Below, in pieces: positions 46,911 to 55,991 of a stretch of DNA of 64,000 bases. Below the pieces are notes generated by a model, which saw nothing but the letters and a program-made list of their open reading frames with translations, searched no databases and was not told the DNA's origin. Within the stretch, counting starts at the first letter, position 1. Each line of letters starts with the position of its first letter. The translations under genes and the position numbers were made by a program. Where the stretch lies: the IMG/VR virus record IMGVR_UViG_3300043673_000021, positions 1 to 64,000 of that record; one strand, written 5' to 3'. The stretch is from a virus.

Positions 46911-47572
46911 ATCTTCACCTCCCTCAATCTCTTAACAATCGGCTCCCATCCCGCGATCCAAGCCCGCAGATTACCAAACGGTTGGCCGACAAACCGCTTG
47001 ACGATTGGGGCCGCTTGCACAATCACGCCGCGCTCGTCCAGTTCAACCTCGCAGGTGGACTTCGTACAGGAGACCCAAACCCTCATGGTCCTTCCGGATC
47101 ATCGACATGGGGAGTTTCAGTAAGTAAGTCTTCCGCGTTACTTGTCATCCCTGATACGACACATTGCTCGACTAACTTTTCGCATTCAGTGAGAGCGTTT
47201 AATAGCCTATCGGCAATGCGAACCCGCTCACGAATGGAGTTCGCTTTTTCTAGACTGCCACCGAACGCCTCAATCACCTGAATCTGCTCGGTTAACTTGC
47301 GCTGAACGCTCACGCGCCCACCTCTGGCTTCCGCCACCGCGAAAACACCAGCCCGCGTTCGCGCTCCAGCACGTGCTCAATCACCGCGATCCCCTGCTCT
47401 TTGGCGCTGGGCCAAGATCCGTCATGGATCGCGCTGTAGTAGTTGTTGTCCTCTTCAGCGGAACACAGGTCGTTGCGAAGTTCGGCGATCAGCGCCTTGA
47501 GTTCGTCGACGTTACCGCGCTCGACAATGGCATTGTGCCCGCGGTTCTTCTTGCACCAGTCGCATTGGCAGG

Positions 47573-47812
47573 TCACGCGCTCACCTCGCTTTCCATGTAC
47601 GCTCTACCCGCCGCCACGCACTCCGCGCAAAGATCGATCGTCGAGCAACGATAAAGGCTGTCTGTTATCAACCCCTTCCGTTTTGTGCAGTGTCGGCACA
47701 GAGGCTTGTCGCAGGTGCGCTTTGGTTCCCCCACAACGGACAGGATTCCATCACAGAGGCAAATAGCCGCTTGAGCCTTGCAGGCACCGCAGACTCCGTA
47801 AACTTCGATCAC
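47573..47812 (-). CDS. Zn-finger protein (CxxC-LCD-TCD family, copy 1)
   Basis: CGAC..CLCD...TCDKPLC..C...DLC..C; GTG start coupled to the upstream stop. Confidence 0.6.
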   Translation of the reverse strand: MIEVYGVCGACKAQAAICLCDGILSVVGEPKRTCDKPLCRHCTKRKGLITDSLYRCSTIDLCAECVAAGRAYMESEVSA

Positions 47813-48010
47813 GCCCCCACCTGCACTTTCGCCGCGCGCTCGGCACGGAGGGCACGCCGCCTTTGATCGCCCAGCCGCGCCTTCTCCCGCTCCTGCGCTT
47901 CCCAGTGAGCAACGCAAACCGTGTGCAGCGGGTGGCTTTTCTCGAACGGCCGCCCGCAGGGTACGCCGGCGACGAGCCATTCACAGTGACCGGTGCCATA
48001 GGTTTTCCAG

Positions 48011-48433
48011 TTAAACTTGCTCGGCATTTGTCCCTCCTGGCGGGTCTAGTTCATCCGCGCGCTGCCGAAGGAACCGCGCCTCCTCTTTGCGCCTCAGAGC
48101 CTCATGCGGGTCGAGTTCGCGCGAGTATTCCGTAAGATCGGTAAATCCCATCCCGACCAACAGGGCGATCACTTGATCCTGGCTCGGGTTGGTTTCCCCA
48201 AGCGCGGCCAATGGCTCCATTCCGAGGCCAAAGAAAACGCGCCAAGAGTCTTGGAAAACTTCTATCCGTGCAGTAGGCTCCTTGCCTACAACTTCCCAGC
48301 GAATTGCGAACTCTCCATCCGTTCCACCGTCTGGATAGTAGAGCCCGATCATGATCTGCGTCTGCGTATCCGGGCGCTTGTACCACGCCCGGTTGCTAAC
48401 GTTGAAGCCTTTAGTTGGCGCGTTGTTCGGCAT
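48011..48433 (-). CDS. Hypothetical protein flanked by 19-bp direct repeats
   Basis: 'AWY...IMIG.Y.PDGGT.GEF..RW'; start MPNNAP. Confidence 0.6.
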   Translation of the reverse strand: MPNNAPTKGFNVSNRAWYKRPDTQTQIMIGLYYPDGGTDGEFAIRWEVVGKEPTARIEVFQDSWRVFFGLGMEPLAALGETNPSQDQVIALLVGMGFTDLTEYSRELDPHEALRRKEEARFLRQRADELDPPGGTNAEQV

Positions 48434-49097
48434 TTGTCCCTCCTGAAAGTTCACGCTGCCCGGCCTTCTGACGGCTCACTTCTATCGCTGCGTCGATATC
48501 CGCCTGCGTGATTCGTTGGCCGGGCGGCAACACTGGGATATCGCGAACCTTGTGAATGCCGACCGCGTTCAGACTCTTGGCGCGCGCCAAGTCGAGAACG
48601 GTATCCTCGAGCGAATCAGCCACAGATACCTCTCGCCCGGGTGGCAGGGCTTTCATCTCGGGTGCCGCCAGAAGCTTCTCAGATGGAATACCATCGGGGA
48701 AATCCTCGGTGCTGCCGATCAGTTCGAACCCGTCCAACGGGCGGTACTTCGAGCAGTAAACCGCTCGCATGTCGCGCACACTGGGCCACTTCGAGTACAA
48801 CCGTGCCATCCGCTGCGCAAGCCAGAGAGCCTGCTCGGAATCGTGGCACATGGAGCGGATTTCCTCCGCAATCAAAAGTCGAGCGCCGCCTTCTTTCGGG
48901 AAGAATGGCAATGATGCGAGCATTTCTACCGCAACCGCTGCCGCTTCGTTGCTGATCCTCGGCTGTTCCGAGTGGCCATCGATCCTCGCTTGATCAATCC
49001 CCGTCAATCGCTTTCCGGAATTGCAAGTGCAGCGCCGGAGACCATCTGACGTTTGCATCCACAAGCCCGCGAAGGGCAAGCACTTTTCACAGCCCAT
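48411..49097 (-). CDS. Putative helicase loader/inhibitor-like replication protein
   Basis: Directly downstream of the initiator; N-terminal CxxC...CxC and 'WPSV..MR' motif. Confidence 0.5.
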   Translation of the reverse strand: MGCEKCLPFAGLWMQTSDGLRRCTCNSGKRLTGIDQARIDGHSEQPRISNEAAAVAVEMLASLPFFPKEGGARLLIAEEIRSMCHDSEQALWLAQRMARLYSKWPSVRDMRAVYCSKYRPLDGFELIGSTEDFPDGIPSEKLLAAPEMKALPPGREVSVADSLEDTVLDLARAKSLNAVGIHKVRDIPVLPPGQRITQADIDAAIEVSRQKAGQRELSGGTNAEQRAN

Positions 49098-50025
49098 CAG
49101 TTGTCCTACCTTTCATCCTGTCGATAATTTGAAGTCCCGCGAGTAGTTCTGCCCGACGTCTTTCCTCTGGTGGTTCGCGGCATTGCCCTGGTAAAAGCAG
49201 TTGCGGGATTTCTTCCTCATCAGCAAATCGCTCCTTGTTCAGCCAAGTGCTCATGTATGGGCGTTTGTCTTTGTCGCGGAGAAGCATTGAGTGCTTCTGT
49301 TTCCGAACGGCCACCATGATCGCGGTTAGTTTGGCAACACTCGCCGCTTTTTTCCGAAAAGCCTTGACCGCCGCAGCGCGGTCGTCGGACCTCCAGCGCT
49401 CTTCCCAGAAATCAGAGAATCCAGGAGGGTCGGCATCTCGGACTGGCTTTGACCGCTTGGTTGCTTGCGGCTCCTGTGGGGCGAGTTCGAGTTTCGGCTC
49501 CGGTTCGGTGCTGGGAGGAATTACCTCAGAAGTTGGCTGAGGTAGCTCGGATGGGGATATGTTTTTAAACCTCTCCAATACAACTTCTTCTCCTATACTA
49601 TGAAGAAATCCTTTGAAAATACTTACTAAGTCCTTCGCAAATTCTTTGTTTCCAGTTCTATAGGCCACTTTCCAGGCCATGACGTCCTCATCTTTTGGGG
49701 CTGGACTTTCTTGGTCTTTGCGGGTCTTAAAGGTGGGCAAGCGGCTAGATGAGGTATCCCAAGCACCCCATAATTGCCGCCCCACTGGCCACACGTACAG
49801 TAAGTTGGCACCGATGTATTCGGCGATCCAGGAGAACACCTGCTCGCGCGCTGGGCAAGGATGAAAGTTACTGAAACACTTCGCGGCGATCCGCAAGTAA
49901 TTGATCTCGAACCGAGCATAGCCGTTGGCGGCCATGTAGATCCACGGCCACGCCAATTTTGCCTCAGTCGAGCAGCAGGCTAGCCGGTCGCCGTTGTACA
50001 TGCCATCTGGGTCAATCAGCGGCAT
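49087..50025 (-). CDS. Putative replication initiator (replisome organiser)
   Basis: C-terminal 'F..FW....R......A.KAF......PY.STWLN.ERF.DE' motif; low-complexity linker. Confidence 0.7.
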   Translation of the reverse strand: MPLIDPDGMYNGDRLACCSTEAKLAWPWIYMAANGYARFEINYLRIAAKCFSNFHPCPAREQVFSWIAEYIGANLLYVWPVGRQLWGAWDTSSSRLPTFKTRKDQESPAPKDEDVMAWKVAYRTGNKEFAKDLVSIFKGFLHSIGEEVVLERFKNISPSELPQPTSEVIPPSTEPEPKLELAPQEPQATKRSKPVRDADPPGFSDFWEERWRSDDRAAAVKAFRKKAASVAKLTAIMVAVRKQKHSMLLRDKDKRPYMSTWLNKERFADEEEIPQLLLPGQCREPPEERRRAELLAGLQIIDRMKGRTTDGL

Positions 50026-50494
50026 AGGAAACCCCTGGCTCGGCCCCAAATGAAGCTTGCATTTGTTCGAAAACCTCACTGGCTAACTGGCCATAATCAA
50101 AGGCGCGTGGCGTTGTGGCGAATCCGTTGGCTAATTCTCCCTCTGAGAATATCGGCATCTTGCGAAAACGCGGCAGCATCCAGCGAGGTAGTTCGTCAGG
50201 TGTTGTATCGCCATCGCTGTGCTGCTCGTCAAATTCACGCTCAAGATTATCTTGGTAGTCCTGGCTATAGAATTCCGAGAGATGAACTGATCGGGCCGAC
50301 TTCCCGCGATTGCAATCAAAGCACGCGGTGATTAGGTTGTTGGGGTCAAGCTCAGCGCCGCCATTCGCAATCGAATGAACGTGGTCAATTTCCAGCCGGA
50401 CTTCCTCTGACCCGCTACCGCAGTAACGGCACCGAAACCCATCGCGGCGCAAGATCTCGAACCGGAGGCGCTTTGAGATACCGGCGCGTTTCAT
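50012..50494 (-). CDS. HNH endonuclease
   Basis: 'RFEILRRDGFRCRYCG...LEIDH....GG....NL.TAC.DCN.GKS'. Confidence 0.9.
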   Translation of the reverse strand: MKRAGISKRLRFEILRRDGFRCRYCGSGSEEVRLEIDHVHSIANGGAELDPNNLITACFDCNRGKSARSVHLSEFYSQDYQDNLEREFDEQHSDGDTTPDELPRWMLPRFRKMPIFSEGELANGFATTPRAFDYGQLASEVFEQMQASFGAEPGVSYAAD

Positions 50495-50949
50495 CAGCCC
50501 TGGTCCTCCGACTTACGGACGACTACTTTTGCCAATTCCTCGCGGACTTTGGCCCTACGGCGCGCTGCGGCTTCTTCGGTCAGAAGATCCTTGCATCCCT
50601 CAGTCCATGTACCCATCTCTCGATGAATAAGGCAGTGATCTATTGGGTTGACTCCCGGTTCCGGGATGTCAAATATCACTCCGACTATAAAGGAATGGGG
50701 GTCGCACATCGGGGCATCGCACGTAAAATCCTCTAGTGCTTCGAAGTCGCGGACCAACGCCTTGGGCCTTTCTACTCCCACAGCGCCGACCATTACGGGT
50801 CCAGGAGCATCCTGGAGGATCGCGCGAAGCCCTATCCGGTAATCGCACAGCCACCGACCGGGAACCCCGCATATGGCGCAAGGTTCTGAGAAGGGTAGAA
50901 TCGGTTGCTCCGTATCTGGCGAAGATGAAGTAAAATGTGGTTTAGGCAT
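50494..50949 (-). CDS. Zn-finger protein (CxxC-LCD-TCD family, copy 2)
   Basis: CAIC...LCDY...TCDAPMC..H...DHC..H. Confidence 0.6.
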   Translation of the reverse strand: MPKPHFTSSSPDTEQPILPFSEPCAICGVPGRWLCDYRIGLRAILQDAPGPVMVGAVGVERPKALVRDFEALEDFTCDAPMCDPHSFIVGVIFDIPEPGVNPIDHCLIHREMGTWTEGCKDLLTEEAAARRRAKVREELAKVVVRKSEDQG

Positions 50950-51629
50950 CCTGAACCCTCCATAGGTTCTTGCTGCTAGGGTCTCGTTGAAGTACCACCT
51001 TCCACGGGACCCGCTTATCTCTATTCTCCCACCCGCCCACTAACTCCGCAACAATTCCGACTAACTTTGTCGCGCGCATTTTAAGCACCGTGATGTTACC
51101 TGACTTACTTGGCATTAGGCTCGCTGTCATCAGAAGCATCCGCTCGTATTGTATTTGCGCTCATCGCGTCCCGCCTTCCTCGCCTTGTCGCGCCGCACCT
51201 TAACGCACTCCGCCATGTCTGCCGCACTCGCGCCGGTCGCTTGGCAGGTAGTGCAGGCGTTGAATTCTCGGTTGCATACGAAGGACGGTTTGCCGAAGTC
51301 GTCTAAGCCCACGCACTTATCGCTGTGCATGTGGCTTAGAGTCAAGAACGGAAACGCGCTTGGGTAGTCATGAATCTGCGCCATCTTAGCCTCCCTTTTC
51401 CTTCTAAATACCCTGCTTCACATCTGGGATCCTCAGCCTCATCCTCTTTCGAAACTTCTTGAACCTAGGGAGTGACGCGCAGGATTCGCAGAGGTGCCAT
51501 ACTTCACGGCTTCCAACACACAGAACAGCCTCGGACGAACAGCCCGTATAATCCCGGTATCCACCCAGCGCGTTACGGTCAGGAATGCCTTGCGCTGGAC
51601 GATCCCTAGTGGGGTCCCAAAAACACAAC

Positions 51630-52037
51630 TCAGTCATGGTTAACGCCCCTCAATATCTCCAGCAGAACATCCGCATGGCAGGCCTCCGATAGCGAACAGA
51701 AGCACGCGAGATTGTGGCCCCCGAGTTCGCCATGGATGAGTTCGAGCGGGTGCGCGCCAAGTCGCTTACGAAAGTTATGGTGCGCATCGTAGGCTGTTAG
51801 CCTAAGCGACAGTCCTTGCACGCAGTCTCCATTCCAGATACCCTCCACGCTATTGCGGAACAACCTCAGCGCCAGTTCGCGCCCGAAGATTGCCACGCTG
51901 TACGGGTTGCCCCAGCGCCCGGGTCGCGCGACGCTGATGCACGGTAGCCCGTTGACGGCCATGCTCGCAGCCTGCATGTTGAATCCGGCGGTTCGCTTTC
52001 GCTGGATGCGCACGGGGGTAGGTTGGCTCATTGCCAT
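51630..52037 (-). CDS. DUF4326 family protein
   Basis: 'P.RIQRKRT.G...V.RP..WGNP...L.G.NLACFC.....CHADVLL'. Confidence 0.85.
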   Translation of the reverse strand: MAMSQPTPVRIQRKRTAGFNMQAASMAVNGLPCISVARPGRWGNPYSVAIFGRELALRLFRNSVEGIWNGDCVQGLSLRLTAYDAHHNFRKRLGAHPLELIHGELGGHNLACFCSLSEACHADVLLEILRGVNHD

Positions 52038-52693
52038 ACTCCACTATCCGAGCGTGCGTGTCTGTCGGTCGAAGTCCATGTGTCAGGCTTCATGTCCCGA
52101 TGCTCGGCCACCCACTTAGTCATGTAGGCGCATAACTCGGAGTGCCAGAGTTTCAGATCTTGCGAGTAATCAGCGGCCTTCCAATGTCCGGCTTTGGTGT
52201 CGGCATTCTTGGCCATATTCAGGTACTCGCGAATCTCGCCAGTCGCACAGACGGCGGGCAAGTAAAGCCATCGTGGCGTCAGAGGAAACGAAAGCTTATC
52301 CGCAACGCACAGTCGAGAGAATGGCAGGCCTAGAGCCTTGGCGTAATAGCGGGAATGAAGTAAAGAGAACTGTCCCCACTTGCCGTACGCCTCACCATCA
52401 ACCCAAACGTAATCCTTAGTATTTTTACGGAGTGGACCATCCTGCCAGATGATAGTGGGTTCCTCGTCAAATAGCGTGGTCATTATTTGGCCGCCTAACT
52501 TCGGATGTTCCTCGCCTTCCGGCCCGTCCATGTTGGTTTTACCGAAATATCCAAGATCGTGAACGAAGAACGAGACCCAAAGAATAGGGCTCCAAGGAAA
52601 GCCGAATAACTTCCACCATGCAAGGGCAACAAACCACGGATGCAGAAAGAAACAATGCGCTCCATATAAAACACTCTTAGTTCCGACTCTCAC
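52028..52693 (-). CDS. HD-like metal-dependent phosphohydrolase candidate
   Basis: H...'VHDLGY'...'EEHP'...'LHSR'...'ADKL' motif order. Confidence 0.55.
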   Translation of the reverse strand: MRVGTKSVLYGAHCFFLHPWFVALAWWKLFGFPWSPILWVSFFVHDLGYFGKTNMDGPEGEEHPKLGGQIMTTLFDEEPTIIWQDGPLRKNTKDYVWVDGEAYGKWGQFSLLHSRYYAKALGLPFSRLCVADKLSFPLTPRWLYLPAVCATGEIREYLNMAKNADTKAGHWKAADYSQDLKLWHSELCAYMTKWVAEHRDMKPDTWTSTDRHARSDSGVWQ

Positions 52694-53136
52694 GCTATCT
52701 CCTCAACTTTCCAATGCTCCATGCAATAGTCCACATCCTCGCCAACGCTCCGATGGTGCGCATCGCAGCAAGGCTGGTCGCAGGTTCCCTTGACCGCCAG
52801 CCGCGCATTGCCCTCCACGCCGATTCGTAGCGGCTGGGCCTCGATGCCGTTCCAGATCCAGGTCACCACCACCCACTCGTCCCGGCGCTCGACCGATATC
52901 AGCGTCCGCGCCTCCCTGCCGCTGGAGAACGGGAAGATACGGTCGTCGGCCTTCAGGCTCTTGGCCGGCACCTGCTTCTGACGTTCGACGGGCCAGTCGC
53001 AGAGCTTGGTCGAGCGCGCGGTGCAGAAGGCACATTGCTTGGGCGCGGGGGTTCCGCAGATGATCGCGGTAGCGCCTAGCATGTTGAGAACTCGGCAGGG
53101 CATTAGGTGGTCTCCATAAACGCCGTCTCGGCGCAA
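52690..53136 (-). CDS. Zn-finger protein (CxxC-LCD-TCD family, copy 3)
   Basis: CAFC...LCDW...TCDQPCC..H...DYC..H. Confidence 0.6.
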   Translation of the reverse strand: MRRDGVYGDHLMPCRVLNMLGATAIICGTPAPKQCAFCTARSTKLCDWPVERQKQVPAKSLKADDRIFPFSSGREARTLISVERRDEWVVVTWIWNGIEAQPLRIGVEGNARLAVKGTCDQPCCDAHHRSVGEDVDYCMEHWKVEEIA

Positions 53137-53540
53137 TCAACACCGAACATTTGGAGCGCCGTATCAAGGCACCCGCCAACACTCGCCAGAATGAACTCGT
53201 CCCCGCGAATGATCGCAGCCGCCAGCCTGTGATTACCATCCTGCACAATCCAATCGACATGGCATCGGAGTGAGGGGATTCCAATGTCCACTTCAATGGC
53301 GTCATTCCATCCATGGACCACAAAGTAAGCGATACGTCGCAAGTGCGCCTCATATGATCTCAGCGGACGGAAAATCGGAATTCCGGCTTCATCGGCGCGT
53401 ACAGCAGGAGTGTCTCTAAATTGTCTGGCAACTACGGCCAGTCGAACAGTTTCAGGATCGATGCGCCCGCATCCCCATGGGTCGCCAAGAAATGGGTTGC
53501 AATACTGGCGAAGGATGGCGACTGGCAATTGTACGGGCAT
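53103..53540 (-). CDS. ParB/Srx-like domain protein
   Basis: 'IVQDGNHRLAAA'. Confidence 0.7.
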   Translation of the reverse strand: MPVQLPVAILRQYCNPFLGDPWGCGRIDPETVRLAVVARQFRDTPAVRADEAGIPIFRPLRSYEAHLRRIAYFVVHGWNDAIEVDIGIPSLRCHVDWIVQDGNHRLAAAIIRGDEFILASVGGCLDTALQMFGVDCAETAFMETT

Positions 53541-54211
53541 TAGTTATCACCTTCCGTCGCCGGGTCATCCGGATCAGCAACCCCCAGCGATCCTTGCTCA
53601 ACGGCCTCGTTCATCATGGAGTCGAGAAAGCGCGTCAGTGGCGTGCTGCCGTCTTCGCCCTCATCGTTCATCGCGCGGCAGACATCCTTGGCGAACTCAA
53701 GCGGATCGGCGATTGTAGCCTCTCGCTTGAAATCGTTAGCCGCTTCATCGAACGGGTTGTTGCCTTCGCCGTGCTCGAACGCAAAGGCTAGCGTCTCTAC
53801 GCCGATGGAGATCACCAGCCGACCGTCTTCTACTTCCGCGCGCAGCGGCATACCGTCGCGACCGTCATTTGGTTTCTCTTCGACGTCGGGGTCGCAGGAT
53901 TTCGCTACACATCCTCTACAGAGTCCCGGATCAGAGAGATGATCAGCGCCAGCGATCACGCCGATGACGCCGCCACATGCAGTGCAGGACCGGTACCTGT
54001 CGTCCGTCCGCACAATCGTCCAAACCTGCCACGCCTTGTCCCACGTAAAACCCATGCCTTCCAACTGCTCCCGCATCGCCGTCATCGGCATGTTGGCAAA
54101 CTGTATAGCCATAACTCGCGGCTCCTTCGGGTGATTCAGCCATGAGTACCAGCGCACCAAATACTGGTTGCTGAGGCTGAGCACGATTGACTGGAACTGG
54201 TCTAGGGTCAT
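53540..54211 (-). CDS. Hypothetical protein
   Basis: ORF track; GGAGG RBS. Confidence 0.55.
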   Translation of the reverse strand: MTLDQFQSIVLSLSNQYLVRWYSWLNHPKEPRVMAIQFANMPMTAMREQLEGMGFTWDKAWQVWTIVRTDDRYRSCTACGGVIGVIAGADHLSDPGLCRGCVAKSCDPDVEEKPNDGRDGMPLRAEVEDGRLVISIGVETLAFAFEHGEGNNPFDEAANDFKREATIADPLEFAKDVCRAMNDEGEDGSTPLTRFLDSMMNEAVEQGSLGVADPDDPATEGDN

Positions 54212-55299
54212 GCGCATACCTCCGACCAATCGAACTCCGTAACATACGGATTGCGCGCAGTCCCGCGCAAACTCGATTGCGGCAAAGTAAGCACGGCCTC
54301 ATTCAGCCAGCCGATGTACTCGCGCACTGGTCGCCCATCCCACGTGCCAGTCCATCCATGGCGGTCAACCACCCCAACTACAGCGTCAGTTGCAGTAGCC
54401 GACTTGACGCGCACGAAGTCACCGCTGGCGGTGTATGCGTAGTCGCCGGGCGGGTAGCAGCCGGGGTAAATCTGCCGGCGCGCCAGCCATTCGAGGACGG
54501 CGGGATCATTGGCCATCGGCGGCAGCGGTGGACGGTCATGCCATCTCGGGAAGCTATCGCGCTCATTGCGGATCGCGTGAAGACTCACCGGCCAAGTCGG
54601 CTCGACGAAGGCCCACGTATCGGTTTGCTCGCAGGCTTCGCAGAGCCCCGCCTTCCAGCGCAAGCCAATCTGCATTCTGTAGAGGTCCCACGAGTAACGG
54701 CAGTTAATTGATCCGCATATCCAGCAGCCGGGAAGCTCGCCGAGGTGCAGGCTGTATTCGGTGGAACTTCCGAAGCGTGGCTCCGGCACGGGGATGATCG
54801 CTTCAACCTGATTGATCAGGCGGATGAACTCTAGTCGCTCAAGCGGTGCGCCGGGTTGCTCGGGCTCCCAGTCGGTACCGCCCGGCTGGACTGCTTCGAA
54901 ATCCTCCGGGGTGAAGACGCCAAGATCCCAGCGCGGCCGGGGAGTATGGAAGCGATACTGTCCCGCGATAGTCGATTCGACGAACCGCAGAATGACCTTA
55001 CCAGTGGCTCCGCATCGGCGGCAGTCCTGATAGTCAACGTGGTCTTCGTCGTTCCAATCTACCCATTTGTATTCGCCAGTTCCCTTGCAGGCCTTACACG
55101 AACGCTCGACACCGATAATGCGCTGAGTCGCCATGCCCAGTTTCATCGCTGCGCCAATGGCCATCTTTTTCCATGCGTATATCCGACTCGGCATCTCGTG
55201 CATGTCGAGTTGGTCCTTATACTCGAGACGCGCCCACGCATTGAGTCTTGCCAGCGGCGGCATGATCGACAGGAGTTTCTCTTGGTCTGTCATTAGCAT
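54208..55299 (-). CDS. Hypothetical protein with DnaJ-type CxxCxGxG motifs
   Basis: CKACKGTG, CRRCGATG. Confidence 0.6.
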   Translation of the reverse strand: MLMTDQEKLLSIMPPLARLNAWARLEYKDQLDMHEMPSRIYAWKKMAIGAAMKLGMATQRIIGVERSCKACKGTGEYKWVDWNDEDHVDYQDCRRCGATGKVILRFVESTIAGQYRFHTPRPRWDLGVFTPEDFEAVQPGGTDWEPEQPGAPLERLEFIRLINQVEAIIPVPEPRFGSSTEYSLHLGELPGCWICGSINCRYSWDLYRMQIGLRWKAGLCEACEQTDTWAFVEPTWPVSLHAIRNERDSFPRWHDRPPLPPMANDPAVLEWLARRQIYPGCYPPGDYAYTASGDFVRVKSATATDAVVGVVDRHGWTGTWDGRPVREYIGWLNEAVLTLPQSSLRGTARNPYVTEFDWSEVCA

Positions 55300-55991
55300 T
55301 CCACCGCCATCGATTGTTCGTCGCTAAGGCTTGGATCAAACACGCGGGTGCGCCCCTTGCGCGGGTTCTTGGGAGGATCTCCCTTTCGCACGGGGTACCA
55401 GCCGTAGTCGCCCTCGTACATCTCAAGATGCGGCGCATGGACGTCGATCGCCGATTGGACGAACTCCAGAGTGTGGTTAGTTGCGAAGGCTGTACCTTGA
55501 TAAGCACGGCCCTTGCGCTTCTGCCGGTGATACCAGTTAGGGTTACAGACGGTCACTCGAGACGGCCCTTCGAGTGTCGAGGTGCTAACGATTGGCCCGA
55601 TCTGGGCAGATACCGCGGAAGCCCCGCTACTCCACGGTCCTGTTAATGTAAGCACCCGACCATTGAGGACGCAACAGACGTCCCGGTTAGTTCTGGAGCC
55701 GAAGTCGCGCTCATGGCGTGCGCAGTCTTTCCATTGCGATGCGTCCCAATCGTCGGCCATGTGGAGTTCGAACTTGGCGAATCCGAAGCCATTGTGGTCG
55801 TTTCGGTTGTGGTATAGATATCGGACCTCGCCATCCTTTACGGCATAGAATAGGTTGCCGTTTTGGTTCCACCTAAACTCTGATGAAGGAGTAAGCACGC
55901 GGTCACGCTTGAGGACGAATTGCAGTTGTGGATTGTTGCCGAACTGCTCCATCCATTCCACTTCAACTCGGCAGATGTCTTGTGTCTTCAT
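55293..55991 (-). CDS. Hypothetical protein
   Basis: 232-aa coupled ORF. Confidence 0.6.
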   Translation of the reverse strand: MKTQDICRVEVEWMEQFGNNPQLQFVLKRDRVLTPSSEFRWNQNGNLFYAVKDGEVRYLYHNRNDHNGFGFAKFELHMADDWDASQWKDCARHERDFGSRTNRDVCCVLNGRVLTLTGPWSSGASAVSAQIGPIVSTSTLEGPSRVTVCNPNWYHRQKRKGRAYQGTAFATNHTLEFVQSAIDVHAPHLEMYEGDYGWYPVRKGDPPKNPRKGRTRVFDPSLSDEQSMAVEC

